DNA from: an uncultured delta proteobacterium
Lineage (GTDB): Bacteria; Desulfobacterota; Syntrophia; Syntrophales; UBA5619
Reading direction: 5' to 3'
NCBI GenBank assembly: GCA_963817385.1
Contig: CAWFOM010000005.1
Location: forward strand, 384,001-448,000
DNA length: 64,000 nt
Positions 43,023 to 53,741 of the stretch are shown here, piece after piece. A model generated the notes under the pieces. The model ran no database searches, had not been told where the DNA came from, and worked only from the letters and a program-made list of their open reading frames with translations. The number at the start of each line of letters is the position of its first letter. Position 1 is the stretch's first letter. The translations under genes and the position numbers were made by a program.

Positions 43023-43822
43023 TTGTCAACCAACCGCTCTTTTCCATCGTCATGCCCTGCTTCCAGCAGGCCCCGTTTCTGGCTGAAGCGGTCCACTCCA
43101 TCCTTGATCAGAAGGGAGTTGCTGTGGAACTACTGGTTATGGATCCGGGTTCCACGGACGGCTCACGGGAGCTGCTCACCCGGCTTCAGGTCGAGTACGG
43201 CAACCGTCTCCGCCTGGTTTTTGCACCGGATGGCGGGCAGTCCGATGCAATAAATCGCGGATTGGCTCTGGCACGAGGCCGGATTTTGAGCTGGCTAAAT
43301 TCCGATGACCGTCTTCGTCGGGATGCCTTGGAGCGCGTTGCCAACCTGCTCGATCATGATCATCCCGGTTGGCTCTATGGCCGGGCAGGAATGATCAACG
43401 ATCAGGGGGAGCGGGTGACGAGTTTCGTCACCCGCTACAAGAACTGGCGGGGACGCCGTTTTTCACGGCTCAAACTGCTGACGGAGAACTTCATCCCCCA
43501 AATGGCGGTCTTCTGGAACCGGGCGCTCTGGGAGCGGGCAGGGGGGCTTGACACAGCCAGGCACCTGGACATGGACTACGATCTATGGCTACGGTTTTCA
43601 CGGGTCTTGGAACCGGTGGTGCTCCCGTTCGAACTGGCGGATTTCCGAGTACATGGTCAGGCCAAAGGGAGCCGGCGAACCGTTGAGCAATTGGCCGCTG
43701 CCTACTCGACGGCGCGGAGGCACTCTACGGAACACGGCTTTAAGGGACACCTGGCCTTAGCGCTGCACCGGATTTTGGGGTTTCGGACCCGGCTGGTGTA
43801 TCTGTTGGTGAAACCAAAGTAG
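43016..43822 (+). CDS. Glycosyltransferase family 2 (WfgS-like)
   Basis: SIVMP, DPGSTDGS, GQSDAINRG, WLNSDD, MDYDLWLR. Confidence 0.9.
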   Translation: MVIVNQPLFSIVMPCFQQAPFLAEAVHSILDQKGVAVELLVMDPGSTDGSRELLTRLQVEYGNRLRLVFAPDGGQSDAINRGLALARGRILSWLNSDDRLRRDALERVANLLDHDHPGWLYGRAGMINDQGERVTSFVTRYKNWRGRRFSRLKLLTENFIPQMAVFWNRALWERAGGLDTARHLDMDYDLWLRFSRVLEPVVLPFELADFRVHGQAKGSRRTVEQLAAAYSTARRHSTEHGFKGHLALALHRILGFRTRLVYLLVKPK

Positions 43823-43841
43823 GTTATTTCGGAATTATCTT

Positions 43842-44564
43842 ATGCCGAATACAAAGAGATGCATCATCGTTCCCGCTTTTAACGAAGAGAAGCAACTTGC
43901 TTCGGTGATCGAAAGCATCAGGAAATACAGCGACGTCAATATCGTGGTGATCGATGACGGATCGGGAGACATGACCGCGGAAATCGCTCAGAAGGCGGGT
44001 GCTTGTGTGATACGTCATCCTTTTAACATGGGTTATGGCGTAGCGTTGCAGACAGGATATAAGTACGCATTGAAAAACGACTATGAATCTCTCTTGCAGA
44101 TCGACGGCGACGGGCAGCATGATCCCGCGTATATTCCGGCTTTGTTTGCGATCGTGGAGAACAGGGAATGCGATCTTGTCATCGGCTCCCGTTTTATTAA
44201 AACCTCTGCAGATCAACCAGGAATCTTTAAATTGACGGGGATCAAACTGTTTCGACAGATCATAAAAGTGATTACAGGAGAAAGGATTACAGATCCCACT
44301 TCGGGATATCAATGCATGAATCGAAGTGTTTTTCAGTATTTCGCGGCGGATAGTTTCCCCTGCGATTATCCCGATGCAAATATTGTGATTCTTCTACATC
44401 GAATGGGCTTTAAAATATCCGAATTACCCGTGACGATGGTGCCCAATCCGGAAGGAAGAAGCATGCATCGGGGAGTATTCAAAGTTACCTATTACGTCTT
44501 CAAAATATTTCTTTCAATTCTTGTCATTCTTTTGAGAAAGAAATCCACTTCATTAAGAGGATAG
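43842..44564 (+). CDS. Polyprenol-phosphate glycosyltransferase (DPM1-like GT2)
   Basis: VPAFNEE, IDDGSGD, HPFNMGYG, QIDGDGQHDP, VIGSRF, DPTSG. Confidence 0.88.
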   Translation: MPNTKRCIIVPAFNEEKQLASVIESIRKYSDVNIVVIDDGSGDMTAEIAQKAGACVIRHPFNMGYGVALQTGYKYALKNDYESLLQIDGDGQHDPAYIPALFAIVENRECDLVIGSRFIKTSADQPGIFKLTGIKLFRQIIKVITGERITDPTSGYQCMNRSVFQYFAADSFPCDYPDANIVILLHRMGFKISELPVTMVPNPEGRSMHRGVFKVTYYVFKIFLSILVILLRKKSTSLRG

Positions 44565-44569
44565 AAATT

Positions 44570-44917
44570 ATGACAGTTCATCAGAAGGTCTTCGCTATTA
44601 TTATAAGTATTACTATCTTCGTGGTCATCATATCCTTAGTAAGGAACCGAAAATTGAGAGAAGAATTTTCGTGGTTGTGGCTTCTGACAGGTTTTGTCAT
44701 CTTTGTTCTGGCGGTCTGGTATGATCTTCTCGTCAAACTGACGGCCTTGATCGGGGCCGTTGCGCCGACGACCACCCTGTTTATCTTCAGCATCATTTTT
44801 CTGGTTTTCACTGCGTTGCACTTTGCGATTAAAGTATCCCAGTTAAGCGACCAGGTGAAAAACCTTGTGCAGAAAATAAGTCTACTCGAAGCGCAAATTG
44901 ACAAATCATCCCGTTAA
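44570..44917 (+). CDS. DUF2304-like small membrane protein
   Basis: 115 aa, three TMs, LVRNRKLREEFSWLW, C-terminal helix VKNLVQKISLLE. Directly after a DPM1-like GT2. Confidence 0.8.
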   Translation: MTVHQKVFAIIISITIFVVIISLVRNRKLREEFSWLWLLTGFVIFVLAVWYDLLVKLTALIGAVAPTTTLFIFSIIFLVFTALHFAIKVSQLSDQVKNLVQKISLLEAQIDKSSR

Positions 44918-44945
44918 AAACTATTGATATGTTATCATTGAGTAA

Positions 44946-45944
44946 ATGCATTTTCCAATGAAAAAACGGGGCATCCAGAATAATAATCTTGATCAGTTGT
45001 GCAAAGCTCTCACCTCTTTGGGGCGATTACTTTTAGTTATGCTTTGTTCGGTCGTTCTGGGAGCTGCTGTTTTGCACGGAGAGGAGATCCGCGCCCAGAA
45101 AGTGGCGGTTTTAGTCTCTCAGGATATCAGGCCGTATATTGAGGCGGTGGAAGGAATGAGCGTGGTCCTCTCGGAGAGTGCGAGTGCTAAACTCCAGGTG
45201 TTCTCTCTCGAAAAGTTCAAAGGCAAAAGTCGCGACGTTCTCATACAGAGTCTTACCGGAGAAAAATTCGATCTTGTCGTTGCCGTCGGTCCTGAAGCCG
45301 TCAGATTTGCCTGGGAAGAGCCTGTGCTGGAAAAAACCGCCCGGCTGTATTCTATGGTCTTAAATCCCCCCAAAGTATCCGGCCAGACGGAGACCGGATG
45401 CGGAGTTCCTCTGGATATCCCGGCGCAAAGGCAGCTTGAGATGATGGCTCAGGGATTCACTGCCATCAAGCGTATCGGCCTCCTCTACGATCCTCGTTAC
45501 AATTCCGAGTTTTTCATGAAAGCCGCTACAGAAGCCCCTTTTCGTGACTTGAAAATTGTTCCGCTTAAGGTATCATCAAAAAAAGATATTCCCGTTGTGC
45601 TGAAACAAAATTGGGAAAATATAGACGCCCTGTGGCTTATCCCCGATCAAACGGTCATATCGGAAAGTATCGTACAGTACATCATTAAGGACGCTTTATT
45701 CAAGAAAATACCTGTCATAGGCTATAACCGTTTTTTTTATGAAAGTGGCGCCGCTCTGGCCTTTGTATTCGATTATGAAGAACTCGGAAGGCAGACCGGC
45801 CGGCTGGCGGCCAACATGCTGATGGGAAAAGCCTGCGAAAAAGAGACCCCTGTCTTTCACGTATGGCTGAACCTTCGGGTCATCGATAAGCTGGGGATCG
45901 ACGTTCCTAAGAAGAAATCTCCCTCCATAGAGGTAGGGCCATGA
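44946..45944 (+). CDS. Periplasmic ABC substrate-binding-like protein, probable sensor partner
   Basis: Hydrophobic N-terminus, VAVGPEA, YSMVLNP, RIGLLYDP, DALWLIPD, IPVIG, GRQ. Overlaps the kinase start; no ABC permease adjacent. Confidence 0.75.
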   Translation: MHFPMKKRGIQNNNLDQLCKALTSLGRLLLVMLCSVVLGAAVLHGEEIRAQKVAVLVSQDIRPYIEAVEGMSVVLSESASAKLQVFSLEKFKGKSRDVLIQSLTGEKFDLVVAVGPEAVRFAWEEPVLEKTARLYSMVLNPPKVSGQTETGCGVPLDIPAQRQLEMMAQGFTAIKRIGLLYDPRYNSEFFMKAATEAPFRDLKIVPLKVSSKKDIPVVLKQNWENIDALWLIPDQTVISESIVQYIIKDALFKKIPVIGYNRFFYESGAALAFVFDYEELGRQTGRLAANMLMGKACEKETPVFHVWLNLRVIDKLGIDVPKKKSPSIEVGP

Positions 45945-47369
45945 AAAATCCGGGTATCCATGTCAGGATTCTTCTTGCAGCCTTTCTGCTCATCAGTGCG
46001 ACCACCTTCACCCTGGGCTATATAGGGGCAAATATTGCGCATCAGTTCGCGCAGAGACGGTTTGTAGAGCACATATCATTTCTGGCAAAGTATCTTGCGC
46101 TCACCGCAGAACTGGGTATACTGATCGACGATCGGTCCATGTTACGGAGACTGGCCGTTAATCTTATGTCTGAAAGGGATGTGGTCGGGGTTGCCATACT
46201 TGACAGCCATAACAAAGAACTCATCAGGATACCTGAAGCGACTTCCGGCTCGTTTCCTGTCATGGAAACCCCGGTTTTTCTGACGGAATCACGGGAGGAA
46301 AGCAAGGCCTTTGAATTTAAGGAGGGATCGGAAGACAGCTTGATCGGAAAGGTGCGAATCAGCTACAGCACAGCGGGCATAGACCAGCTCTGGGCGACGA
46401 TGATCACCTACTTTATCTGGCTCGCCAGCGGCCTGACCTGCCTGGCCAGTCCTGATCTTCTACTTCATCTCCCGTTCCTTAGTGGCTCCAGTAAAAGGGC
46501 TGGCCCAGGCGGCCCGGAAGGTGGCAAAAGGAGATCGTAATTTACGGGCGCAGCCGGGAAGTCTTCCCGAGACACGAGAGCTTGCAGTGGCCTTCAATGT
46601 TATGCTGGATTCCCTGGAGAGGAACAGGAGGTCCCTTGAGGAAGCCAACGAGCAGATGAGGCGGCAGAAGACACTGGCCGAGATGGGGAAGTTCTCGCTG
46701 ATGATTGCGCACGAGTTAAAAAATCCCTTAAGCATAATAAAGAGTTCTCTTGATGTCCTGAAAAAAGATTTTGCCCTCTCCTCCGACAACACCATGGTCT
46801 TTTATATCGAGGATGAGATCATGCGTCTGAACCGCTTGATTGGAGACTTCCTGATATTTGCCCGTCCGTCCGCGCCCTCTTTTCGCCATACCGATCTGAA
46901 CGCCCTGCTCAAGGAGATTGTGACGAGATTTGAACTTCAAAAAACCGGAACGCCCTGTGCAATACGGTCTCATATCCCATCTGACCCCTGTTATGCATAT
47001 GTGGATCCTGATCTGCTTATCCGTGCAATTGGCAATGTCATAAAAAATGCCTTCGAGGCAAATGGCGACAATTGCGTGGTGGAGGTGACGGCGGCCCGCC
47101 TGGCTGATGCCTGGACAACAGAGATAGCGGACGACGGGGAAGGGATTGCCCCTGAAAATATTGATAAGATCTTCAATCCCTTTTTCACCACGCGCGCAAA
47201 GGGCGCCGGCCTGGGGCTTGCCTATGCCTCCCAGGCTGTTAAGACGCATGGCGGTGTCATCAGCGCCGAGAACAGGACGGAAGGAGGCGCCCTGTTCAGG
47301 GTGGAAATACCGGTGTCTCAAGGCGGCATTTTCCCCGCCGCCGTTTCCGATAGAGGCGACGGGATGTAA
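45941..47369 (+). CDS. Membrane sensor histidine kinase with HAMP domain (+1 frameshift near 46450)
   Basis: Two TMs, HAMP, H-box IAHELKNPL, N-box NVIKNA, DDGEG, PFFTT, GAGLGL. Confidence 0.92.
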
Positions 47370-47430
47370 CGAGAGATTGAACAATTAACGCATTGCAGAA
47401 AACGATCCCTTACTTTATAAGAGGGGCGCT

Positions 47431-48786
47431 ATGGCGCATATACTGATAGTTGACGATGAAGAAAGAATGCGGCACCTGCTTTCCATTATGCTAAGCAGAA
47501 GGGGATATCATGTCGACCAGGCGGGAGATGGCGTAGAAGCCTTGGAGATGATCAGCGCCACACCTTTCGATATGATCATAACGGATATAAAGATGCCTCG
47601 GATGGACGGAGTAGAGCTCCTGAAAAAGATAATGGAGATGGACATTCCCTACCCTGTGGTATTTATTACTGCCTTTGCCACCGTGGAGTCGGCAGTGGAA
47701 GCCATGCGACAGGGGGCGGTTGACTACATTATCAAACCGTTCGAAGAGGCGCGTATCCTGCTGACCGTGGAACGGACGCTCGGCCTGTCACGCATTATGG
47801 CGGAAAACAGGAATCTGAAGAGGGAAATCCGAAAGACGGCAGGCGGCGAAGAAATCGTCTATGCCTCCAAAAAGATGGCCGCCGTAATGGATCTTGCCGC
47901 CATGGTTGCCGGAACCGATGCCGCCGTTATGATAAGCGGTGAATCCGGGACGGGAAAGGAGCTTCTGTCCAGATATATCCACAATGCGAGCCCGCGCCGC
48001 GAAGAGCGATTTGTTCCCTTGAACTGCGCTGCGATATCCCCCAATCTGGTGGAATCCGAACTGTTTGGCCATGAAAAAGGGTCGTTTACCGGGGCAGTCC
48101 AAAAGAGCCTGGGCAAGTTTGAATATGCAGATAAAGGGACTCTTTTTCTGGACGAGCTCGGTGATCTTTCCCTTGAGGCCCAGGCCAGGCTTTTACGAGC
48201 CCTTCAGGAGAAAAAGATCCAGCGGGTGGGGGGGAACGAAGAGATCCCCGTCGATATACGGTTTATCTGCGCCACCAATCAAAGTCTCAGTGAAAATGTG
48301 AAAAAGGGAAGGTTTCGCGAGGATCTGTTCTTTCGCATCAACGTGTTTCCGATTGAACTTCCGCCTCTCAGGGAGCGTGCAGATGATGTGATTCTCCTTG
48401 CCCGGCATTTCCTGCGCCGGCTGGAGGGCGGCCTCGACAAGACACAGTTCTCCAGCGGGGCGCTGCGGGTGCTCAAAGAGTATACCTGGCCCGGAAATGT
48501 CAGAGAGCTGGCCAACGCCGTAGAGAGAGCCATGATCCTGGCGCAAGGCACGGGAAAGATCACATCCGAAATCCTCTCTTTCCTTGAGACAAGCCATCCT
48601 CTCACTGCCGGCCATGCCGGTTTTCGCCTGCCCCCCGAGGGAATATCGCTCGAGGAGATCGAAAAGGATATTGTTCGACAGGCGCTTGAGACCTGCAAGG
48701 ACAACCAGACAGCAGCGGCCAGGTTCCTTGGATTGACGAGGGCCAAATTCAGGGTTTTGTTGAATCAGGCAAAGAAGGACGGGTAG
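47431..48786 (+). CDS. Sigma-54-dependent response regulator (NtrC family)
   Basis: REC (VDDE, DIKMP), GESGTGKE, ESELFGHEKGSFTGA, WPGNVREL, Fis-type HTH. Confidence 0.95.
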   Translation: MAHILIVDDEERMRHLLSIMLSRRGYHVDQAGDGVEALEMISATPFDMIITDIKMPRMDGVELLKKIMEMDIPYPVVFITAFATVESAVEAMRQGAVDYIIKPFEEARILLTVERTLGLSRIMAENRNLKREIRKTAGGEEIVYASKKMAAVMDLAAMVAGTDAAVMISGESGTGKELLSRYIHNASPRREERFVPLNCAAISPNLVESELFGHEKGSFTGAVQKSLGKFEYADKGTLFLDELGDLSLEAQARLLRALQEKKIQRVGGNEEIPVDIRFICATNQSLSENVKKGRFREDLFFRINVFPIELPPLRERADDVILLARHFLRRLEGGLDKTQFSSGALRVLKEYTWPGNVRELANAVERAMILAQGTGKITSEILSFLETSHPLTAGHAGFRLPPEGISLEEIEKDIVRQALETCKDNQTAAARFLGLTRAKFRVLLNQAKKDG

Positions 48787-48837
48787 CCGCGGGCTTCGCC
48801 CCGGCGATAATCCTTATTACAATATGCGTGATGAGTT

Positions 48838-50895
48838 GTGATGCATAAATTTTTCAACATACCGTTAGTGACCCTTGTCATCCTGCTCTTCTTTGTTCCG
48901 TCCGGAGCGCTTCGGGCGGAAAGCAAAGAGCCATCCGCCGGACGAAATGACACCCTGCTGATGTTTGTGGGCGAGGATCTGGATGTCCTTTCCATAGCCT
49001 CAAGACGCCAGGAAAGCGCCTGGCAGGCGCCTGCCGTGGCCCATGTCATTACCCGGGAGGAGATTAAGGAACGGGGAATACGGACGTTGAGCCATGCCCT
49101 CGAGATGGAGCCGGGATTTTACATGGCCAAGAAGGAGTGGGGCACACAGCCCTATCTGAGGGGAATCCCCGATTCGGTTCTCTTTCTCTATGATACGGTC
49201 CCCACGGGCTCCGATATCAGCAAGTCCCTCCATCCACTGGATTATGAGCTATCCCTTGCCCCGATAAAACGCATTGAGATCCTCCGCGGTCCGGGTTCAG
49301 TGCTCTGGGGACCTGACGCCTTTGCCGGCATCGTCAATCTGGTGCCCATGACCGGCAAGGATCTCGAAGGAGCGGAAACGGGCATCCTCTACGGCAGTAG
49401 GGGAGATCAGCGGGTCGTTTATGCGAATGTGGGACACGATGCAGGCTTGTGGGATGCCTTTTTCTCGGTGAGCGGCCGCAAGGGCGAGGAGAATGACAAG
49501 GACTACAATGTCGTTCGATTCTGGAAGGATGATGAGACGGCGGTTGCCCCGGAAGAGCGGTATGGCAAGAAAAGTTTGGATGATTCCCGTAATGTCGAAG
49601 TTTCGGGCCGCTTTTCCTACGGGGACTGGCTCACCCTCTCCGGCCTGCTCTCCGATTACAAGAAAAACTACGTCATGTCCCGGCCGGCGGGAGATCTCTC
49701 CTGGGGGGAAAGCCGCAGCGCACCCTTCGGCTTCATCAAGCTGGAGGCCAAAAAGAGCCTGGATCGATCGTCAGCCCTCCGGTTTACGGGCTCCTACAGC
49801 TCGCTGAATCCCGAATACGAGATCATCGACAAGACCTTGAATCAAAAGGAGCAGACCGCCTACGGCGAGATCATCTACGACCGCTCCTTTCTGTCGGGTA
49901 AGGGTCTTTTTACGGGTGGGCTCTCGTACAGAAATAAAGAGATAGGCAACGCCCCGATCTGGACGGGCTACCTGCCGGTTTTCCTGGGACCGGAAAACAG
50001 TAAATCCGCGCCGCTGGTTGTTGAGAAGGACTATAACGCCAGACTCTGGTCCGTCTTCGGCCAGTACAACCAGAAGGTCGGCAATGTCGACCTTTCCGTG
50101 GGTCTGAGAAACGACGCCCATGACGAGTACAGTAATCGTTTGAGTTACAACGTCGGGGCTGTCTGGTCTCCCGAGCCGCCGTGGATAATGAAGCTGTTGT
50201 ACGGGGTCGCCTACCGGACGCCCTTTGCCAGGCAGCTTCTGGAGGGGGAAAGGCCGGATCCGGAAGAGATCGAGACGGTGAATCTCCAGGTTGCCTGGAA
50301 ACCCTCCCCGCAGGCGTCGCTGAGTGTCTGCGGTTTCTACAGCCGCATCGAGAAGCACATCCTGGAAGATCCCTACGCGGGGCTTTCGCTGCCCAACCGG
50401 CAAAACATCAAGGGGGTCGAGATAGAGGGCCGTTATTCACCCCTCAAGAGCCTCGATCTTTCGGCCAACCTCACCCTGCTGGACAACGACGGCCCGAGCG
50501 AGACGTACCATTAGAACGACTTTTCCAATGTTCGTCTCGACGGGACGGTGGTGAAGCATTTTACCGATCTGACATATCCCTTTGACAGGGGACCGGACGC
50601 CCTCTTCAATCTGATGGGGACATGGCGACCGGTTGAACGGGTGACCGCCTTTTTACGGCTTGGGTATTTTTCCTCGAGAAATCTGATTTTTCCTCGAAGC
50701 GCGGAGATCCGCTCTGTCCCCGGTGTCTGGCTTCTCGATATGAGTACGACCGTCCGCGATATCGGTATCCCCGGCCTGGATCTGGAACTTTCCGTCAGGA
50801 ACCTGCTGGACAAGGATTACGAGACGCCCGGGACCTACAGCCTCATCAAGGGCGATCCGGCGACGGTATGGGTGGGACTGCGAAAGCGGTGGTGA
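48838..50895 (+). CDS. TonB-dependent receptor interrupted by an in-frame TAG at 50512-50514
   Basis: Signal peptide; plug (APAVAHVITREEI, IKRIEILRGPGSVLWG..GIVN). The barrel continues in the same frame after TAG (SVRNLLDKDY..P..G) and ends in W. Confidence 0.88.
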
Positions 50896-50903
50896 ACAAA
50901 AAC

Positions 50904-51084
50904 GACCATTGCTGGTCAGAAATGACCAGAGGGAGGGAGGTGCAGACCCTGCGCTGATCATCGATAGCGGGATCAATCTCTCACCCGGAACGGAGCAACA
51001 GTGGGGAATTCCTTAATTCCTGACCTGTTTACCGGAAGATGAGAAAAAACAAGAAAAAGTGGTTTTTTTAGCATGACTCTTGCT
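50904..51084 (+). promoter_or_regulatory. Candidate sigma-54 promoter region: upstream dyads plus a degenerate -24/-12 site
   Basis: Dyads GACCA-TTGC-TGGTC and CTGGTCA-GAAA-TGACCAG (50904-50929). TAGCATGACTCTTGCT at 51069-51084 versus consensus TGGCACG-N4-TTGCW; the invariant GG is AG here. Confidence 0.3.
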
Positions 51085-51098
51085 TGCAATAAGGCGCC

Positions 51099-52274
51099 AT
51101 GACGATGATTATGAAAATCTTATCTATCCTGCTGCTCACGGTCTCCCTTTTGGGAGGCGCGAGCGGGGTTGTCTCCGCAGCCGAGGGCCTTCCTTCGCCG
51201 CAGGACGAGGCTTTGCTTGCGCTTATCAATCAGGCGCGCCAGAATCCGCTGGCCGTTGCCGCCTCCATGGGTATGGATCCCGAGAAAATCCTGAAAGATC
51301 TCCCCGAACTGGAAAAGATCCTGAGGGAGGGCCTTCCGCCCGTCACGTTCAACGGGAACCTCTTTGAGGCCGCCCGCGCCCACACGCAGGACATGTTTGC
51401 CAATGGCTATTATTCGCATGATTCCCCCGACGGCCGGGGCTACGACGCGCGGATTCGGGACAGCGGGTATCTTGCCGCCACAACCGGAGAATCCTTGGGG
51501 ATGCTGGCCTTTGCCAATTTTATCGATCCGGGGGATGCCGTGAGGTTCCTCTTTGAATATATGTTCTGGGATGAACTGGATCCATTGCGAACGGAAAAGC
51601 GGAACATCCTCGACCCCGGTCTCAAGGAGGCGGGCGTCAGTGTCGACACGGGCGTTCTCAGCCTGGGAGGCGCCCCGTGGAATGTCTATCTGGTCACGTG
51701 CGATTTCGGCGCCGCTATCTCCGGGCCGGAAGCCGGCCTGCTTCAACTGATCAACCAGGCCCGTGAAAACCCTCTGGCGGTGGCTGCCTCCCTGGGCATG
51801 GATCCGCAGCAGATTCTTGCAGATTTTCCTGAATTGCATGATCTCCTGACACAGGGTCTTTCCCCTCTAACCTTTTCCCGAGATCTCTATACAGCAGCCA
51901 GGGCACACGCAGAGGACATGCTGGCAAACGGTTATTATTCCCATAATTCTTTAGACGGCCGCACGTATGGGGACCGTATTCGAGCGACCGGTTATAACCC
52001 GCTGGATTCGGGAGAATACATGGGGCTTCAATGTCTTGGCACTGATCCCCTGGATGAAACCACTGACCAGACAGACAGGATAGTCCGTCTTATGTTCGAG
52101 ATGCTCTTTACCCGTGAGTTACGACCGGATAGGGCTGAACAGAGGAACATCCTGAATGCCGGTCTAAGAGAGGTTGGCATAAGCCTTATTACAGGCACAT
52201 CACGAGAACTGGGGGGGATATGCGGGGACTACGTGCTTTTGATGGTGGCGGATTTTGGGTTGAGTTCTGAATAG
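51099..52274 (+). CDS. Secreted protein with two tandem CAP/SCP domains
   Basis: Signal peptide. LINQARxNP..L..AARAH..DM.ANGYYSH.S.DGR....RIR..GY....GE..RNIL....E.G occurs twice. Confidence 0.88.
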   Translation: MTMIMKILSILLLTVSLLGGASGVVSAAEGLPSPQDEALLALINQARQNPLAVAASMGMDPEKILKDLPELEKILREGLPPVTFNGNLFEAARAHTQDMFANGYYSHDSPDGRGYDARIRDSGYLAATTGESLGMLAFANFIDPGDAVRFLFEYMFWDELDPLRTEKRNILDPGLKEAGVSVDTGVLSLGGAPWNVYLVTCDFGAAISGPEAGLLQLINQARENPLAVAASLGMDPQQILADFPELHDLLTQGLSPLTFSRDLYTAARAHAEDMLANGYYSHNSLDGRTYGDRIRATGYNPLDSGEYMGLQCLGTDPLDETTDQTDRIVRLMFEMLFTRELRPDRAEQRNILNAGLREVGISLITGTSRELGGICGDYVLLMVADFGLSSE

Positions 52275-52332
52275 CAGGCCCCTTATTACCTCGCCCCCGC
52301 ATGATGAATTTTTAAAATAGCCCTCAAAAAGG

Positions 52333-52360
52333 TTGACAAGAAATGGCTATTTAGTATAAA
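52333..52360 (+). promoter_or_regulatory. Near-consensus sigma-70 promoter
   Basis: TTGACA-16 nt-TATAAA, followed by a leader of about 110 nt and the strong RBS AGGAGAAGGAGGT. Confidence 0.7.
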
Positions 52361-52475
52361 CACCAGTACAATAAAAAAAATCCAAAGAAAGGGGGGGTGC
52401 GGACAAGATAAGACGTTTGAGTTTTTGCGCGGTGCAGATTCTTATTAACTGTTAATAGATTAGGAGAAGGAGGTA

Positions 52476-53622
52476 ATGGTAAGAATGAAAAAACTATTGG
52501 TTTTACTCACCGTAGCGGTGGGGTTGTTCGGTTTTAGCACTGGCGCCTTCGCCCAGGGATTGCTAGACGTATGCTCCAGTTGCCCCAAGGGTGACACAGT
52601 AGGAACTATTGGTTGCGATGTACCGGGGCAGGAGGGAGGCAGCTGTACTTACTTTGATTATGAAAGTGGGTATGGATACCAATCAGGGATCAAGAAATAC
52701 AGGGAGCTACAAAGCGATCTTCAGTGTTTGTAACTGCCTGGACGCGGGAACGAACTTTGTCGCGGGCCACAGAATTGGGATCAGGTTGACGATCTTGGTC
52801 AATGGCCAGGCCGGGGAAAATGGGGCCTACTGGTCTGATCCCGCTTCAGCTAATGTACAATTCGGCTTGTTCCCAACCATAGCTTCCGCCTGTAGCGCAG
52901 AGGCCTACACCACTGAGTTTGGGCCCGGGAAGTTCTTTAAGTCTGATCAAACGACGGAAGTAACTACGCTTATCGCCGATCCTGACTGCGACGTCCCGTC
53001 TGATAACCAGGCTACGGTGATAGTCACAGACCCGGACCAGGGCTATACAATTACGGGACCTGACGAAACCAACAAATTGAGCCGCTGGTGGATAAACATA
53101 CCGGAGATTCGCATTGATCCTAGTGTCCTTCACAACGGCGAGAAGATCTCGGTTAAGATAGAGACCCTGGATCAGTCTACGGGCGGTATTTGCGCCTTAT
53201 GCGTCGCTACCTGTGAATGCATTATCGATGTAGCGTTTGTGTGTCCTGCCGGTAGTTCCACGAGTTCGTGTCTCTTCCCGTACTTCACGAGTACGACCGC
53301 GGCGACAGCAGAGAGTCCCTACTGGAACGGAATCGCCATCGTCAATACCAGTTCAACTGCCGGCACCGCCACCCTTACCGTACACCAGAAGGATGGTACG
53401 ATCGCTACATTCACGACCCCCGAGATTGCGGGCGGCTCGATGTTTGTATCTGCTCTGGAAGGGATTAACTTTGACGGTAACCACCGAGGGAACCGCCGGG
53501 CTGGGTGGTCTGCCGCTCTGGATTCAGGCAGAAACTACTTTCCCGACGATGGACGGGTTCGCCATGCTTGCCGATTCGGCAACCGGCGAATCCATGGGAT
53601 ACCTGTGCAGAAAGTACAGTAA
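52476..53622 (+). CDS. Secreted Cys-rich, acidic, Thr-rich protein; S-layer/major surface protein candidate (+1 frameshifts near 52700 and 53478; exact stop uncertain)
   Basis: Sec signal ending AFA; about 15 Cys after joining frames. C-terminal module LFPYF..YWNGIAIVN..ATLTVHQKDG..MDGFAM..GESMGYL. Own promoter and terminators. Confidence 0.65.
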
Positions 53623-53628
53623 AAACTC

Positions 53629-53741
53629 GAACCCCTGTGTCCTGCCGCGATGCGGGACACAGGGGTTCTTTCCAGAGGCTGACGGATCGCCTCTGCTGAT
53701 CGTTCGGTGGGGGGCCTTGGGGAAAAAGGCCCCCCACTTTT
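53629..53741 (+). terminator. Tandem strong hairpins/intrinsic terminators
   Basis: 14-bp stem GAACCCCTGTGTCC/GGACACAGGGGTTC followed by TTT. 12-bp stem GTGGGGGGCCTT/AAGGCCCCCCAC followed by TTTT. Confidence 0.85.

Noticed and set aside
52476..53622. Cys-rich protein as a multiheme cytochrome or PEP-CTERM protein
   Set aside because: No CxxCH motif and no PEP-TM-basic tail; no exosortase in the window.
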